Source of the DNA: Candidatus Methylomirabilota bacterium
Lineage (GTDB): Bacteria; Methylomirabilota; Methylomirabilia; Rokubacteriales; CSP1-6
Length of the DNA: 40,273 nucleotides
Assembly: GCA_035275385.1 (NCBI GenBank)
Contig: DATEMW010000076.1
Coordinates: 1 to 40,273, forward strand
Direction: 5' to 3'
Under the pieces are notes generated by a model that did not search any database, was not told the DNA's origin, and saw nothing but the letters and a program-made list of their open reading frames with translations. Each line of letters begins with the position of its first letter. Positions within the stretch are counted from its first letter, which is position 1. This document shows positions 36,725-40,273 of the stretch, piece by piece. Made by a program: the position numbers and the translations under genes.

Positions 36725-38080
36725 TCAGCTGATCCAGCGCAGCAGCGCCGTGGCGAGCGACAGGAAGATCGTCACGCCGAACACGTCCTGCAGCGCGGTC
36801 TCGAAGGGGCCGGCCGTGATCGCCGGGTCGAACCCGAGCCGCTTCGACAGCATCGGGATCGTCGTGCCGGCGAAGCCCGACAGATTCACCGACACGAACA
36901 TCGAGACGGCAACCACGAAGGCGAACGCGGCCGAGTGCCACATCCACGCGACGGCGCCCACCACGACCGCGCAGACGCCGCCGAGGATGCTGGAGGTCTG
37001 CACCTGCCGGCGCAGCGGCTCCCACCAGCGGCTCAGCTGGACCTGGCCGGTCGCGAGCCCTCGAACGACCATCGTCACCGACTGAAGGCCCGTATTGCCG
37101 GAGATCGCCTGGATCACCGGCATGAAGGAGGCCAGCAGGATGACCTTCCCGAGCGTCTGATCGAACAAGTGGATGACCACGCCGGCCAGCAGCTCGATGA
37201 GCAACGTGGTCAGGACCCACGGTAGACGCATGAGCGCGATCTGGCGCGGCGAGCGCCGCTCGAGCTCGGCCGCGTCGGAGCCGGCCATGCGGAAGATGTC
37301 CTCCGTCGCCTCCTGGCCGATGATGTCGACCACGTCGTCGGCGGTGATGGTGCCGACCAGCCGGTGCTGGGCGTCGACGACCGGCACCGCCACCAGGTCG
37401 TACTTGGCCACCACGCGCGCGACTTCCTCCTGATCCATGCTCGTCGGCACGCTGACGACGTTGTCGTCGCGGATCGCGAGCACCGCTGTGGACGGATCGG
37501 CGATGAGCAGCCGCCGCAGCGGCACCGTGCCGACCAGGTGCTTGTGGCTGTCGACGACGTACAGCTCGAAGGCCCGCTCGCTGGCGATCGAGCCCCGGAT
37601 GTGCTTGATCGCCCCCTCGACGGTCGCGTCCTCGCGCACGGCGACGAAGTCCGGCGACATCAACCGACCGGCGGAATGCTCGGGGTATTCCAGAAGCTCC
37701 TGGATGTCCTCGGAATGCTCTTCCTTGACGAGCTCGAGGATCTTTTCGGCCTCGTCGGGCGGCAGCTCGTTGACGACGTTCGCCGCGTGCTCGGGCGGCA
37801 TCTCGTCCAGGATGCGCGAGACCTCGAGCTCGTCGAGGGCCCGGACCAGCTCGAGCAACGTCGTGTCGTCGAGCGACGGCAGGACCTCGCCCGCGCGTTC
37901 GGGCGAGAGCCGCCTGAAGAGCGCCACCTGCTGAAGGAGGGGCAGATGGCGCATGATCGCGGCGAGGTCCGACGGGTGAGCCGCCTCGAACGCCTGGTCG
38001 TCGCGGCCGTCCTTGCCGCCCTCGAGCAGGCGGCGCGCGGATTCGAGCAGCCGCTCCTGATCCTGGTCGCTCATGGCCAC
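36725..38080 (-). CDS. mgtE: Magnesium transporter MgtE
   Basis: It has an MgtE N-domain (PSDLAAIMRHL...), a CBS pair and a C-terminal TM domain (PWVLTTLLIELLAG...ISGNTGLQS...GFAGTTIPM). Confidence 0.92.
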   Translation of the reverse strand: MAMSDQDQERLLESARRLLEGGKDGRDDQAFEAAHPSDLAAIMRHLPLLQQVALFRRLSPERAGEVLPSLDDTTLLELVRALDELEVSRILDEMPPEHAANVVNELPPDEAEKILELVKEEHSEDIQELLEYPEHSAGRLMSPDFVAVREDATVEGAIKHIRGSIASERAFELYVVDSHKHLVGTVPLRRLLIADPSTAVLAIRDDNVVSVPTSMDQEEVARVVAKYDLVAVPVVDAQHRLVGTITADDVVDIIGQEATEDIFRMAGSDAAELERRSPRQIALMRLPWVLTTLLIELLAGVVIHLFDQTLGKVILLASFMPVIQAISGNTGLQSVTMVVRGLATGQVQLSRWWEPLRRQVQTSSILGGVCAVVVGAVAWMWHSAAFAFVVAVSMFVSVNLSGFAGTTIPMLSKRLGFDPAITAGPFETALQDVFGVTIFLSLATALLRWIS

Positions 38081-38117
38081 AGAGTACGCCCGATTGGCGC
38101 TGAATCGCGCGGCGGGC

Positions 38118-38687
38118 TCAGCGTCCGTCGAGCGCCAGGTTCAATGCGAGCACGTTCACCCGCGGCTCACCCAGGAAGCCCAGCTGGCGTCCTTCGGTGT
38201 GGCGATCGACGAGCGCGCGGACGTCCGCCGCGCTCATCTTGCGCGCCTTCGCGACTCGCTCCACCTGGTAGAGCGCCGCGGCCGGGCTGATGTGGGGATC
38301 GAGCCCGCTGCCCGAGGCGGTGACGAGATCTACCGGCACGGGTGCGCTGTTGCCGGGATTGGCTGCCTTGAGCGCGTCGACTCGGCCCTGCACGGCCTTG
38401 ATCAGGTCGGCGTTGGTCGGGCTCAGGTTCGAGCCCACCGAGGCGCCGGCGTTGTACCCGAAGGGGCTCGTCGCCGACGGGCGGCCCCAGAAGTATTTCG
38501 GGTCGTCGAACGGCTGGCCGATCAGCGCCGAGCCGACGGGCCTGCCGTCCTTGACGATCAGGCTGCCGTTGGCCTGGTGCGAGAACACGAGCTGACCGAT
38601 GGCGGTCACGAGCGCCGGATACACGACGCCGGTGATCGCGGTGAGTAGCACGAGCGAGACGATCGCGGGTCGAATGTGCGTCAGCAT
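38118..38687 (-). CDS. kdpC: K+-transporting ATPase subunit KdpC
   Basis: [24 protein letters not shown]...GSALIGQ...YFWGRPSA...[15 protein letters not shown] are present. The start is set at ATG 38687, because the longer track ORF runs into kdpB. Confidence 0.92.
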   Translation of the reverse strand: MLTHIRPAIVSLVLLTAITGVVYPALVTAIGQLVFSHQANGSLIVKDGRPVGSALIGQPFDDPKYFWGRPSATSPFGYNAGASVGSNLSPTNADLIKAVQGRVDALKAANPGNSAPVPVDLVTASGSGLDPHISPAAALYQVERVAKARKMSAADVRALVDRHTEGRQLGFLGEPRVNVLALNLALDGR

Positions 38688-38695
38688 GTCTGCGC

Positions 38696-40273
<1,578 letters not shown>

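Noticed and set aside
38081-38117. A search for an M-box riboswitch upstream of mgtE, and likewise for a Mn riboswitch upstream of the NRAMP-like gene (25660-25739).
   Set aside because: The intergenic spaces (37 nt and about 80 nt) are too short for these elements, and I saw no conserved cores.

Overview
This is a 40.3-kb stretch of a very GC-rich bacterial chromosome, densely packed with about 40 protein-coding genes. A sigma-54 enhancer-binding response regulator argues against Actinobacteria, even though several genes have an actinobacterial flavour; the taxon cannot be fixed from the sequence alone. I found no rRNA, tRNA, CRISPR array, transposase, integrase or large repeat. Many long shadow ORFs on alternative frames are GC-composition artefacts. 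Gene content in window order: KaiC-like ATPase and ATP-dependent DNA ligase; GAF/HD-GYP protein; lexA; a TatA/B-family protein with a Cys-rich tail; an overlapping operon dedA - histidine kinase - NtrC-type regulator - GlgM-type glycosyltransferase - HAD phosphatase; an RRM/RGG RNA-binding protein; a GT4 glycosyltransferase; an ArsR-headed six-subunit hydrogenase-4/complex-I-like membrane module; methyltransferase and FIST; PhzF; orphan ABC binding protein, DUF420 and an atypical NRAMP; amidase; MBL hydrolase; a TGA-interrupted OsmC; Zn-ADH; ketopantoate reductase; PatB/MalY lyase; DinB; TPR membrane glycosyltransferase; APC permease; mgtE; kdpC and partial kdpB. The two most interesting items follow. 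(1) The ArsR + NuoB-like + HyfB/HycD/HyfE/HyfF-like + HycE-like operon has a 'hydrogenase' large subunit that has lost the paired [NiFe] cysteine motifs at both ends. The small subunit keeps its Fe-S cysteines, and no electron-input subunit is encoded. This fits an Ehr-type (energy-converting hydrogenase-related) complex of unknown substrate, collinear with M. tuberculosis Rv0081-Rv0087. (2) An OsmC-family gene carries an in-frame TGA exactly at the peroxidatic cysteine, followed by a SECIS-like hairpin, making it a candidate selenoprotein. Lesser leads include a perfect palindromic candidate SOS box at lexA, a repeat plus small ORF after lexA, and a Tat-Ada-Zn fusion.
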